A stretch of 64,000 nt of DNA from Candidatus Omnitrophota bacterium (GCA_043814605.1 JBDRJV010000037.1:31899-95898), one strand, 5' to 3'; positions 54,979 to 64,000 are shown, numbered from the stretch's first letter. Numbers and translations are program-made. Notes: generated by a model from the letters alone, not told the origin.

Positions 54979-55866
54979 ATGGGCCGACACACCCCGGTAA
55001 TGTATGATGAAGTAGTAGCGTACCTGAAGCTTTCACCAGGGAAGGTGATTGTTGATTGTACTTTGGGGGAAGGGGGGCATAGTGAAGGCATACTGAGAAA
55101 GATAACGCCAGGCGGACAGCTCATTGGCATAGATCAGGATGATGATGCTTTGAGTATAACCCGCCTGCGTCTTTCTCGCTTTGAAGATTCTGTGAGGCTA
55201 GTTCATGATAATTTTCAAAATATTAGGGTTATTTTGAAACGTTTGGGATTAGATAAAGTGGATGGTTTTGTTATGGATCTAGGAATATCTTCTTTGCAAT
55301 TATCTGCTCCGGAACGCGGGTTTAGTTTTCAAATCGATGGCCCTCTCAATATGCGTATGGATAAAAAAGCTCAAATTACTGCTTTTGATTTAGTCAATAA
55401 TTTAAGTGAAGAAGAAATTGCGAATGTTATATATATTTTTGGTCAAGAGAGATTTAGCCGTAGAATTGCACGTAACATTGTACAACAGCGCAACAAACAT
55501 GTAATTACAACCACTCAAGAACTGGCTAATTTAATAATCGAATCTGTTCCCAAACATCAAAGATTTAGAAAAATTCATCCGGCAACCAGAACATTTATGG
55601 CGTTACGGATTGCAGTTAACAGAGAATTGGAAGTCTTACAAAGCACACTTAAAGATGCGGTTGATTTACTGAATCCCGGAGGGAGGATTTGTGTGATTTC
55701 TTTTCATTCTTTAGAAGACAGGATTGTAAAGAATGAATTTAAGTCCCAAGCCAGAAATTCCGTAATAAAAATAATTACAAAAAAACCGCTTGTGCCAACA
55801 CAAAACGAAATCCAGGAAAATCATCGTAGTCGTAGTGCAAAACTCCGGGTGGCTGAGAAAATATAA
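54979..55866 (+). CDS. rsmH: 16S rRNA (cytosine1402-N4)-methyltransferase RsmH
   Basis: HTPVMYDEV, DCTLGEGGHSE, DLGISSLQL, FGQERFSRRIA and SFHSLEDRIVK. The track ORF starts at 54913 inside mraZ. ATG 54979 follows the mraZ stop and a gaagagg RBS. Confidence 0.95.
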   Translation: MGRHTPVMYDEVVAYLKLSPGKVIVDCTLGEGGHSEGILRKITPGGQLIGIDQDDDALSITRLRLSRFEDSVRLVHDNFQNIRVILKRLGLDKVDGFVMDLGISSLQLSAPERGFSFQIDGPLNMRMDKKAQITAFDLVNNLSEEEIANVIYIFGQERFSRRIARNIVQQRNKHVITTTQELANLIIESVPKHQRFRKIHPATRTFMALRIAVNRELEVLQSTLKDAVDLLNPGGRICVISFHSLEDRIVKNEFKSQARNSVIKIITKKPLVPTQNEIQENHRSRSAKLRVAEKI

Positions 55867-55898
55867 ATATCTAGTTTATTTTAAATAGGGGGCTTAAG

Positions 55899-56273
55899 GT
55901 GAGCTTAAAAAAGACACTCATATTTGCTGTAATAACCACTTGTTTATCTATAAGTTATGTTAATCAACAAATTTCTGTGGTTAAACTAAGTTATCAACTT
56001 CGGAGTAAAGAAAAAAACCTGTCTGAACTAATTGACCAAAATAGAATTTTATTATATAATAATGCCAGCCTAAAATCACCACAGTATTTAGCCGGAATGC
56101 TCAAAGAAAATGATCAAGAATTAACATTTCCGGATACTACTGTTGTGGCAAAAGTAAAAATGGTGAGAAAAGATCACAGGCAGCAGGTGAAAACAACGAA
56201 AAGTAACTGGAGAACTAAATTGCTTGATTTGTTTATTCCTAAAGCACAAGCAGCGTTAGATAAAAGACAATAG
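55899..56273 (+). CDS. ftsL: Cell division protein FtsL-like
   Basis: 124 aa with a GTG start after aggggg. It has a single N-terminal TM helix (LIFAVITTCLSISYV) followed by a coiled-coil-like segment. It sits in the canonical position between rsmH and ftsI. Confidence 0.7.
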   Translation: MSLKKTLIFAVITTCLSISYVNQQISVVKLSYQLRSKEKNLSELIDQNRILLYNNASLKSPQYLAGMLKENDQELTFPDTTVVAKVKMVRKDHRQQVKTTKSNWRTKLLDLFIPKAQAALDKRQ

Positions 56274-56335
56274 TTTTTCTCTTCTGCTTCACCAAAAATT
56301 AATTACTTCCTAAATATAAGGATATATTAAAAAAA

Positions 56336-58021
56336 GTGTATAAAAAGGCGCAAAAAATTCGCCTGAGTATAGTTTTTTTCTTTTTTCTTTTAATTCTCCT
56401 AATTATTCTAGTTCGTCTGCTGAATATTCAGGTTCTGAATAATCAGCATTATTTAGAGCTAGCTGATTCGCAACATCATCTAACCTTAACTCTTTATCCG
56501 CAAAGAGGATTAATCTATGACCGAAATCTGAAGGTTTTGGCGTTGAGTTTAAAAGTTTTTTCTGTGTATGCCGAGCCAAGATTAATTGATAATAAATTAG
56601 AAGTAGCGCAAAAATTGGCGGATCTATTAGATTTAGATTATGATAAAACTTTAACCCAGCTTCAAAAGGATAAATCATTTGTTTGGATAAAAAGAAGGAT
56701 TGAGCAAAATCAGGCACAAGCAGTTAATGATTTAAAATTGTATGGAGTGGGATTATTAAAGGAAAATAAACGCTATTATCCGAATAATGAATTAGCAGCG
56801 CATGTATTAGGATTTACGGGAATTGATGATTCCGGGCTGGAAGGACTGGAACTAGAGTATGATTCATATTTAAAAGGAGAATCAGGTTATCGGTCGTTAC
56901 TGCGTGATGCTAAGCAAAGGATGTTGCCTGCTTTTGAGTATGAGTATGTTCCGGCAATGGATGGATATAATTTAGTCTTAACAATTGATCAGATAATTCA
57001 ACATATTGTTGAGGAAGAGTTAAATAAAGCATTTGATAAAAATCAGGCAAAGGGAGCTTCCGTACTTGTTATGAATCCTGAAAACGGAGAGATTTTTGCT
57101 TTAGCTAATCGCCCGGGGTATGATTTAAATTTATTTGAAACTGCAACTTCAGACCAAAGACGCAATCGGGCAGTGTGTGATTATTTTGAACCTGGTTCTA
57201 CCTTTAAAATTATTACAGCCACCGCAGCTTTGTCCGAAAAAGCTGTTGAACTTGATGAGGTATTTTTTTGCGAAAATGGAACTTATCAAATTTCCCGGCA
57301 TACATTGCATGATCATCGGCCACACGGGGATTTAACATTTGTTGAGGTTATTGAAAAATCAAGTAATATTGGTACAGTAAAAGTCGCGCAAAAACTGGGA
57401 GCAGAAGTATTATATAAATATATTAAAAATTTTGAATTTGCGGAAAAAACTAGTATTGATTTATCCGGGGAAACTGCCGGGTTTTTAAGGCCGGTAGCTG
57501 GTTGGTCAAAATTATCAATTGCAGCTATTCCCATTGGACATGAAATTGGAGTTTCAGTTTTACAAATGGCCAAAGCTATGGCGGTAATTGCCAATGGCGG
57601 ATATTTAGTTAAACCGCATCTAGTAAATAAAATAATTGATAATAACCAGCAAATCATAAAGGAATTTGATTATTCACAAAAAAAATCCATTATTTCACCG
57701 GATATTGCTAAAAAAATGCAGGAAATTTTAAAAGGAGTTGTTGAACGCGGTACGGCTAAAAAAGCAAAAATTGATGGATATACAGCTGCAGGAAAAACAG
57801 GTACAGCCCAAAAATTAAATCCTCAAGGCGGGTACTCACATGATCTGTTTATCGCATCTTTTATCGGATTTGCTCCGGTCAAAAATCCAAAGGTTGTAAT
57901 TGCGGTTGTTTTTGATGAACCCAAGCCGGTTTATTATGGCGGGGTTGTGTGTGCTCCAATTTTTAAAAATATAGCCGAAAAAGTGTTAAGATATATGAAT
58001 ACAGAAAAAGAAAGTAAATAA
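56336..58021 (+). CDS. ftsI: Penicillin-binding protein (class B transpeptidase, FtsI/PBP3-like)
   Basis: N-terminal TM anchor. SxxK (GSTFK), SxN (SSN) and KTG (KTGTA) motifs appear in the correct order. Canonical dcw position. Confidence 0.9.
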   Translation: MYKKAQKIRLSIVFFFFLLILLIILVRLLNIQVLNNQHYLELADSQHHLTLTLYPQRGLIYDRNLKVLALSLKVFSVYAEPRLIDNKLEVAQKLADLLDLDYDKTLTQLQKDKSFVWIKRRIEQNQAQAVNDLKLYGVGLLKENKRYYPNNELAAHVLGFTGIDDSGLEGLELEYDSYLKGESGYRSLLRDAKQRMLPAFEYEYVPAMDGYNLVLTIDQIIQHIVEEELNKAFDKNQAKGASVLVMNPENGEIFALANRPGYDLNLFETATSDQRRNRAVCDYFEPGSTFKIITATAALSEKAVELDEVFFCENGTYQISRHTLHDHRPHGDLTFVEVIEKSSNIGTVKVAQKLGAEVLYKYIKNFEFAEKTSIDLSGETAGFLRPVAGWSKLSIAAIPIGHEIGVSVLQMAKAMAVIANGGYLVKPHLVNKIIDNNQQIIKEFDYSQKKSIISPDIAKKMQEILKGVVERGTAKKAKIDGYTAAGKTGTAQKLNPQGGYSHDLFIASFIGFAPVKNPKVVIAVVFDEPKPVYYGGVVCAPIFKNIAEKVLRYMNTEKESK

Positions 58022-59527
58022 ATGTTAGCTTCAGAAATAATAAAACTTCTAAAAATTAAGCCCCAGGCTAAAAATTTTGTAGATTTTGAAGTCAAAGGCA
58101 TTAGTATTGATTCTCGTAATGTCGCAAATGATTTTTGTTTTATCGCTCAAGACGGAACTAAAACAAACGGATATGAATTTATTCAAGCGGCGATAGAAAA
58201 AGGGGCACGTTTGATTATTTATCCTGAATTTTATCCTGAACCTAAAATTAATTCCTTAGAATTAGCAAAGAAGACAATTTTCCTAAAAACTGATAATCTG
58301 CGCAAAGTTACCGGGCTAATTGCGGCGGAATTTTTCCAGAGGCCTTCCCGTAATTTACAAATGATTGGGGTAACAGGCACTAACGGAAAAACAACAGTTA
58401 CTTTTTTTATTGAACATTTACTCAAAAAAAATCAAATTAAAACGGGCATGATTTCTACTGTCTATTACAAAATTGATGATCATATTATTGATGCGACCCA
58501 TACTACCCCGGATGCGATAAAACTACAGCAGTTATTTTTTAATATGATTAATCATAATATTTCCCATTGTGTTATGGAAGTTTCCTCCCATGCTTTAGAC
58601 CAGAAAAGGGTTTCAGAAATTGATTTCCAATGTGCAGTGTTTACGAATTTGAGTCAAGATCATTTAGATTACCATGTGGATATGGAAAATTATTTTAAGA
58701 CAAAAGCACAATTGTTTAAACGTCTTAGTAAAAATAGTTTTGCCGTAATAAATACGGATGATCCTTGCGGTATCCGGCTTAAAAAAATTACTCAAGCAAA
58801 AATTATTGGTTATGCGGTTATGGATAAAAATGCAACTGTCCGGGCACAAAATATAGTTTTTGATTTAAATTCAACAACTTTTGATATAATCACACCCGCA
58901 GGTATACTGCCGGTTAAGACTAAATTTATCGGCCGCTATAATATTTATAATATTTTAGCTTGTATTTGTGTAGGGCTTGCCCAAAATATTGAATTAAATT
59001 CTATTGTTAAAGCAATCCAAACCATGGATTCTGTTCCGGGAAGATTAGAAAGATTATCAAATAATAACATTTTTGAGATTTTTGTTGATTATGCTCATAC
59101 GGATGATGCATTAACTAAAGTTTTGACAACTTTAAAAGAACTAAAACCGCATAAGATTATTACAGTTTTTGGCTGCGGGGGAAATCGAGATACAAAAAAA
59201 AGGCCGCTTATGGGTAAAGCCGCAAGTTTGTTGTCAGATTTTTTGATTTTAACTAATGATAATCCGCGTAATGAAAACCCGGAAAAAATCATTGCAGATA
59301 TTCAGTCAGGGTTTGAGGTTAGTTTTAAAAATTTTGAAGTAATTTTAGACAGAAAAAAAGCAATCGAAAAAGCAATCACAAGAGCGCAACAGGATGACTT
59401 TATTTTAGTTGCCGGTAAAGGACATGAAAATTACCAAATTTTTGGTGATAAGAAAATTGATTTTGATGATCGAAAAATAATAAAGGATCTCCTGCTGACT
59501 AGCCCCAAGCTTACCTTAGGAGAATGA
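58022..59527 (+). CDS. murE: UDP-N-acetylmuramoyl-L-alanyl-D-glutamate--2,6-diaminopimelate ligase
   Basis: GVTGTNGKTT P-loop and DYAHTDDAL. The DNPR motif (TNDNPRNE) is characteristic of meso-DAP-adding MurE. Position is after ftsI. Confidence 0.9.
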   Translation: MLASEIIKLLKIKPQAKNFVDFEVKGISIDSRNVANDFCFIAQDGTKTNGYEFIQAAIEKGARLIIYPEFYPEPKINSLELAKKTIFLKTDNLRKVTGLIAAEFFQRPSRNLQMIGVTGTNGKTTVTFFIEHLLKKNQIKTGMISTVYYKIDDHIIDATHTTPDAIKLQQLFFNMINHNISHCVMEVSSHALDQKRVSEIDFQCAVFTNLSQDHLDYHVDMENYFKTKAQLFKRLSKNSFAVINTDDPCGIRLKKITQAKIIGYAVMDKNATVRAQNIVFDLNSTTFDIITPAGILPVKTKFIGRYNIYNILACICVGLAQNIELNSIVKAIQTMDSVPGRLERLSNNNIFEIFVDYAHTDDALTKVLTTLKELKPHKIITVFGCGGNRDTKKRPLMGKAASLLSDFLILTNDNPRNENPEKIIADIQSGFEVSFKNFEVILDRKKAIEKAITRAQQDDFILVAGKGHENYQIFGDKKIDFDDRKIIKDLLLTSPKLTLGE

Positions 59528-60939
59528 TGGTTACACCGGTTGTAAGCCGGGAACGGAAAGATATGTTTAGACTTAATGAAATAGTTAAATGGACAAACGC
59601 ACAATCAGTTAATATGAGTTCAGATAGGCCTATCTGCGGAATTTCGATTGATTCGCGTACAATAAAGAAGGCAGAATTATTTGTGGCGATTTGTGGTGAT
59701 AAATTTAATGGGCATGATTATTTATTTGAGGCAGAAGAAAAAAGAGCAAGTGCTGTTTTAATCAATAAAAAATGGGCAGATTTCCACCCGGATCAGATTA
59801 ACGGGCTTTCCTGTCCGGTAATTTTAGTGGAAAATACAAATAACGCATTGATGGATATGGCAAAAGGACACCGGAAAAAATTTAATATTCCAGTAATTGC
59901 TGTAACTGGATCAAACGGGAAAACCACAACCAAAGAAATGCTCGCAGAAGTTCTCAGTGCCCGATTTAAGGTATTAAAGAGCAAGGCTTCTTTTAATAAT
60001 AATATTGGTGTTCCGCTGAGTATCCTCGAACTTAATGCTGGACATGATGCTGCTGTATTAGAATTAGGCATGAATCATCCCGGTGAAATTCGCATTTTGA
60101 GTTCAATTGTTAGGCCAAATATTGCAATTATCACTAATGTTGCGGCAGCTCATCTCGGATTTTTCAACAGCGTTGATGAGATTATCAGTGCTAAATGTGA
60201 ATTAATTGAAAAAGCAAATGAACTTGATTTAGTGATTTCTAATGCTGATTGCCTAGATTTGTTTCATAAAATTAAAGAACATATTTTATCTGCTGTAGGG
60301 ATAGGAATTAAAAATAAGTGCTCTTACCAGGCATCCAATGTTATCAGCCGTCAAGAAGGGGTAGCTTTTACCTTGAACTTAAAGGACACATTTAGGTTGA
60401 ATTTATTGGGTGAGCATAATGTTTACAATGCGTTGTGCGCGATTGCGGTTGCGGATCATTTTAAAATTGATATGAGTATAGTACGGGAAAGACTAAAAGA
60501 AATAAAACCGGCTAAAATGAGAATGGAAAGAATTAATTTTCAAGGTATAGAAATAATTGCCGATTGCTATAATGCTAACCCCCAGTCTGTAACCGCAGCG
60601 ATTGAAACGCTTGCGGCGATGAGTTATAAGAAAAGACGGATATTTATTTTAGGCGATATGCTTGAATTAGGAACACATAGTGATAAATTCCATGCACAAA
60701 TCGGAGAACTTTTTACGGATATAAGAATAGATAAGCTGGTTACAATCGGTGAAAAAGCAGCGTTAAGCGCAGAGGTTGCGCTTAAATTAGGAAATAAAAA
60801 AAATAATGTGTTTATGTATGATTCCGTAGAATTAGCTCAGACAGAAATATTTCAAATGCTAAAAGAGGGGGATGTGGTTTTAATCAAAGGATCACGCCTA
60901 ATGCAATTAGAAAAACTTATTCCTGGTTATAAATTATAG
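59524..60939 (+). CDS. murF: UDP-N-acetylmuramoyl-tripeptide--D-alanyl-D-alanine ligase
   Basis: AVTGSNGKTTTKEM, LELGMNHPGEI, DCYNANP and GDMLELG. ATGA overlap with murE. An alternative start is at 59563 (MFRLNEI). Confidence 0.9.
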   Translation: MMVTPVVSRERKDMFRLNEIVKWTNAQSVNMSSDRPICGISIDSRTIKKAELFVAICGDKFNGHDYLFEAEEKRASAVLINKKWADFHPDQINGLSCPVILVENTNNALMDMAKGHRKKFNIPVIAVTGSNGKTTTKEMLAEVLSARFKVLKSKASFNNNIGVPLSILELNAGHDAAVLELGMNHPGEIRILSSIVRPNIAIITNVAAAHLGFFNSVDEIISAKCELIEKANELDLVISNADCLDLFHKIKEHILSAVGIGIKNKCSYQASNVISRQEGVAFTLNLKDTFRLNLLGEHNVYNALCAIAVADHFKIDMSIVRERLKEIKPAKMRMERINFQGIEIIADCYNANPQSVTAAIETLAAMSYKKRRIFILGDMLELGTHSDKFHAQIGELFTDIRIDKLVTIGEKAALSAEVALKLGNKKNNVFMYDSVELAQTEIFQMLKEGDVVLIKGSRLMQLEKLIPGYKL

Positions 60940-60953
60940 ATAGGGATAGGAAA

Positions 60954-61658
60954 ATGTTTCTTATGCGATATTTCATAAAAAAAATTCTGACATTAATTTT
61001 AGTTTTTTTATTTTTAGGAGTGTTTGATAAAAGTTTTGCTGAAGATTTATCAGAATATTTTCCTCTAGCTATAGGCAATGAATGGCATTATGAGCAAAAT
61101 TCAACTGATGATTTGTTTATTGTAAAAGCAGAAAAAGCTGCTTCTAATCATTTCTTTAATAATCAAGATATAATAAAGCTTGTTAATAGCGAATTAAGCT
61201 CAATTTATTTACAAAAAACGATAAATGGGATTATATTCTTAGGAAACTCTTCTGTAAAAAGTGATTTTAATTTTTATAATAAGAAACCGTTAATGTTTCT
61301 ACCTTTTAACAAAAAATATTATAAATATGGAATTATGGAAGAAGAAACAGAAATTTATATGCCGGAAAATAATTCTGACAATGTAGCTGAAATTAAGTTG
61401 AATGTCAAAGTGTGTGGAAAGGAAAACGTGTTCGTAAAAGCAGGAGATTTTTTTAATTGCTATAAATTAATTTCTACTATTACCATCTATAACAAAATTA
61501 ATAATTTTATTTATATTTTTACTGAATATGGCTGGTATGGAAAAGGGGTGGGAAAGGTAAAATATGTTTTAAAATTATCTTTTTTAAACCAGGGGCAAAT
61601 TGATACTCAAACCCAACTTTTTGAACTTAAGGAATGTTTTATTACCAGTAATCATTAA
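60954..61658 (+). CDS. Secreted hypothetical protein inserted between murF and mraY
   Basis: Signal peptide-like N-terminus (ILTLILVFLFLGVFDKSFAED). Collinear blocks are shared with 18132-18968. No known dcw function. Confidence 0.45.
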   Translation: MFLMRYFIKKILTLILVFLFLGVFDKSFAEDLSEYFPLAIGNEWHYEQNSTDDLFIVKAEKAASNHFFNNQDIIKLVNSELSSIYLQKTINGIIFLGNSSVKSDFNFYNKKPLMFLPFNKKYYKYGIMEEETEIYMPENNSDNVAEIKLNVKVCGKENVFVKAGDFFNCYKLISTITIYNKINNFIYIFTEYGWYGKGVGKVKYVLKLSFLNQGQIDTQTQLFELKECFITSNH

Positions 61659-61681
61659 AATATTAGCAAAGGTTACTTGTT

Positions 61682-63130
61682 ATGAATAAAAGAAAAAAAA
61701 TTTTAATTGTACTAGGTCTGCTAGGAAGCGTTATTTGTTTTATTTGCTCAGATTTGTTTTTTATGAATTTATCTTTTTTTCTGATTGATAATTTTCAGAA
61801 AAAATTAGATAGTTATGTGAATGCAGTGAATTTTGAATTAGCAAGTAATAAATATCAATTTTTAGGAGGGAACAGAGAAAAATACTTATTAAAAGACCAG
61901 AATAATAACTTATGGCTTTTTAAGGTCACAGATGATTCTACAGTTGATAGAGTAGTTTTTTTTAATAAAATTATTATTTTTTTGGGAGTGGAAACTCCGC
62001 TGCTTTGCCGATATGAAATGTATATAAATAATATTAAGAAAAGAGGGTATCTTCAGAGTTTTTTAAAAAAATATAAAGATCCTGTAAATAAGCTTATGGA
62101 AAAAGATGATTTTAGTAAAAGAATCTATCCGAAAATTGTAAGAAATGAGCTTCTCGCCTGGATTTTTTTTATGAAAATTTCTCAGAATATAATTGATGAT
62201 AAAACTCAAATTTATTTTATTGATTTAGATAATGCATTTGCTTTAAAAAATAAAGTTAAAAACAATGAGCCTAGTGATAAAGATTTAAAATACCTAGAAT
62301 CTTTCTTCAGCATATTAGAAGGAGACAATAAAAAGTTTATTTATTCATTCGTAGATTGTTTATCCATGTTGAATAAAGACTATTTATTAAATCAGATGAA
62401 AAAAGAAGTAAAAACAGCTAAGGGGCATTTTTTTGTGGACATCAAACATTTTATAAATCGAAAAAATAAGCTAGGTACTTTTTGTAAGACATTGGAAGAT
62501 AATGATATTTTTTTTTATAACAGATTTTTTTATAAGATGAATGTTTTGAAATGTTTATTTAGAAAATTTGGAAGTCATTCGATGCGAATTGGTGATAAAA
62601 AAAACAAGGGGAATCATTCGATTGCTGTAATTGGATCTTCTGATTGTTGGAATTATTTTAATAAAAATTGTAATTATAAAATAATTAATGGGGTATCGCA
62701 AAAAGAACTTTCTATTATTCGCAAACAGATAATTAGCCAACTTTTAGTGATAAGAATGAGTAAGGCTTTAGTTGAGGAAAAACTGGCGGCAACAATTTAT
62801 ATCATGCAGTTTAATGCTTTTTTAAATTATTTTAAAAACTCAAATATTCCTGATAATGATGGCGTTTACCCGCCATTTTTTTTTAGTGAATCGATTATTC
62901 AAGTAGTTCAAAGTGTAGATTCATTTGTAAATTTGAAAAATATTGAAGAGCATTATTTCTTTAAAAAATTTAAATATACTAATTATTTAAGCTATGAGCC
63001 AGGAGAAAAGGCTTATATTTATGGATTAATTAATAGGCTGCAGGGAAATAACCGCGAAGCTTTAAATTTTTTTAACCAGGCTTTAAATAATCAATATGCT
63101 ACGGAAGAAATACAGTATATAATAAATTAA
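61682..63130 (+). CDS. Membrane-anchored hypothetical protein (possible kinase-like core, TPR-like C-terminus) inserted between murF and mraY
   Basis: 482 aa with an N-terminal TM helix (ILIVLGLLGSVICFICSDLFF). GGNREKYLLKD..LWLFKV and IYFIDLDNAF loosely resemble the glycine-loop/lysine and DFG-like elements of PI3/4K- or HipA-like kinases. The C-terminus YIYGLINRLQGNNREALNFFNQALN is TPR-like. Confidence 0.35.
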   Translation: MNKRKKILIVLGLLGSVICFICSDLFFMNLSFFLIDNFQKKLDSYVNAVNFELASNKYQFLGGNREKYLLKDQNNNLWLFKVTDDSTVDRVVFFNKIIIFLGVETPLLCRYEMYINNIKKRGYLQSFLKKYKDPVNKLMEKDDFSKRIYPKIVRNELLAWIFFMKISQNIIDDKTQIYFIDLDNAFALKNKVKNNEPSDKDLKYLESFFSILEGDNKKFIYSFVDCLSMLNKDYLLNQMKKEVKTAKGHFFVDIKHFINRKNKLGTFCKTLEDNDIFFYNRFFYKMNVLKCLFRKFGSHSMRIGDKKNKGNHSIAVIGSSDCWNYFNKNCNYKIINGVSQKELSIIRKQIISQLLVIRMSKALVEEKLAATIYIMQFNAFLNYFKNSNIPDNDGVYPPFFFSESIIQVVQSVDSFVNLKNIEEHYFFKKFKYTNYLSYEPGEKAYIYGLINRLQGNNREALNFFNQALNNQYATEEIQYIIN

Positions 63131-63176
63131 GAAATTAAATTTAATTGTGAATGAAGTTATAAGTTAGGAGATACAT

Positions 63177-64000
63177 CATGTTTTATCATTGGCTTTATCC
63201 TTTGCGCGAATATTTTTTCGGGTTCAATGTTTTTAAATATATTACTTTTCGTGCTGCGGGAAGTGCTGTAACTGCGTTTATTCTTAGTATAATGATGGGA
63301 AAATTTGTTATTCAACTGCTTAAAAAATTTAATATCGGTGAATCAGTACGAAAGGATAAATACTGCGCTACGCTTTATGAGCATCATAAAGAAAAGGAAG
63401 GTACCCCCACAATGGGCGGGGTTCTGATTTTGCTGGTTGTTCTGATTGCAGTATTATTATGGGCTAATCTTTCTAATAAGTATATTTGGATTGTTTTATT
63501 TGCAACGTTGTGGCTGGGAGCAGTGGGGTTTATTGATGATTATATTAAATTAACTCAGAAAAATTCCCGCGGTCTTACCGCAACCGTAAAATTAACCGGC
63601 CAATTAATACTAGGTATTGTTGTGGGATTTATTATTTATTATGATCCTTATTTGGGGGATCAATTGAATATTCCTTTTTTTAAAAACTTTGTTGTGCATC
63701 TGGGATTTATCTATATATTTTTTTCTGCACTTGTAATTATCGGAACTTCTAATGCCGTAAATCTTACAGATGGCTTGGATGGTTTAGCGATTGGGTGTGT
63801 TTTAATTGTGGCGATAACCTACAGCGGGATGAGTTATTTGACTGGCCATTTTAAATTTTCTCAATATTTACAAATGAATTATATCCCCGGAGTGGGAGAA
63901 TTAACAATTTTCTGTACCGCTGTTTTTGGCGCGGGATTAGGGTTTCTCTGGTACAATTGCCATCCGGCGGATGTGTTTATGGGAGATACAGGGGCTTTAG
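63177..64000 (+). CDS. mraY: Phospho-N-acetylmuramoyl-pentapeptide transferase MraY (3' end beyond window)
   Basis: Not in the ORF track because no stop lies within the window. ATG 63177 sits 6 nt after the aggaga RBS. My translation is MFYHWLYPLREYFFGFNVFKYITFRAAGSAVTAFILS...HKEKEGTPTMGG...NAVNLTDGLDGLA, which contains hallmark MraY motifs. Confidence 0.9.

Noticed and set aside
54789-55130. 113-aa minus-strand ORF across the mraZ/rsmH junction, and 104/114-aa minus-strand ORFs inside ftsI (56403-56717, 57313-57657)
   Set aside because: They are antisense to highly conserved, motif-complete dcw genes and have no recognisable features. They are shadow ORFs.
1-64000. Mobile elements, CRISPR arrays, defence systems and prophage genes
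   Set aside because: No transposase, integrase or recombinase motifs were seen. There are no terminal inverted repeats, no regularly spaced direct repeats, and no nuclease, helicase or toxin-antitoxin-like ORFs. The only repeats are gene-sized paralogues.

Overview
This is visibly AT-rich bacterial DNA using the standard genetic code, since TAA, TGA and TAG all close well-bounded ORFs. I call 52 protein-coding genes, all on the + strand. Most are separated by fewer than 15 bp or overlap at ATGA/TAATG/TGATG junctions. I saw no rRNA, tRNA, CRISPR array, transposase or integrase. The window has two parts.

(1) 54-54290 is a ~54 kb envelope glycan/lipid-tailoring locus of 43 genes. It holds 7 polytopic GT-C-type (ArnT/PMT-like) membrane glycosyltransferases, an O-antigen-ligase/TPR fusion, 3 GT2 and 1 GT4 glycosyltransferases, and 3 DegT-family PLP aminotransferases. 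It also holds a CE4-type deacetylase, a WbqC-like protein, 2 small SAM methyltransferases and several exported proteins, two of them with twin-arginine signals. The outstanding feature is 20 radical-SAM enzymes:
- 6 paralogues of a zinc-ribbon radical SAM family, four of them in a head-to-tail tandem array
- 9 B12-binding-domain radical SAMs in two subfamilies
- 4 SPASM/twitch-like enzymes
- 1 PflA/AmmeMemoRadiSam-like enzyme carrying a Tat signal

No precursor peptide, PKS/NRPS, flippase, ABC exporter or priming phosphoglycosyltransferase is visible.

(2) 54467-64000 is the start of the dcw cell-wall/division cluster. It contains a promoter, three 10-bp-phased GTGG MraZ boxes, mraZ, rsmH, ftsL, ftsI, murE, murF, two inserted non-canonical genes, and mraY cut by the window end.

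All family calls come from motifs and domain architecture read by eye. No database search or computation was possible.
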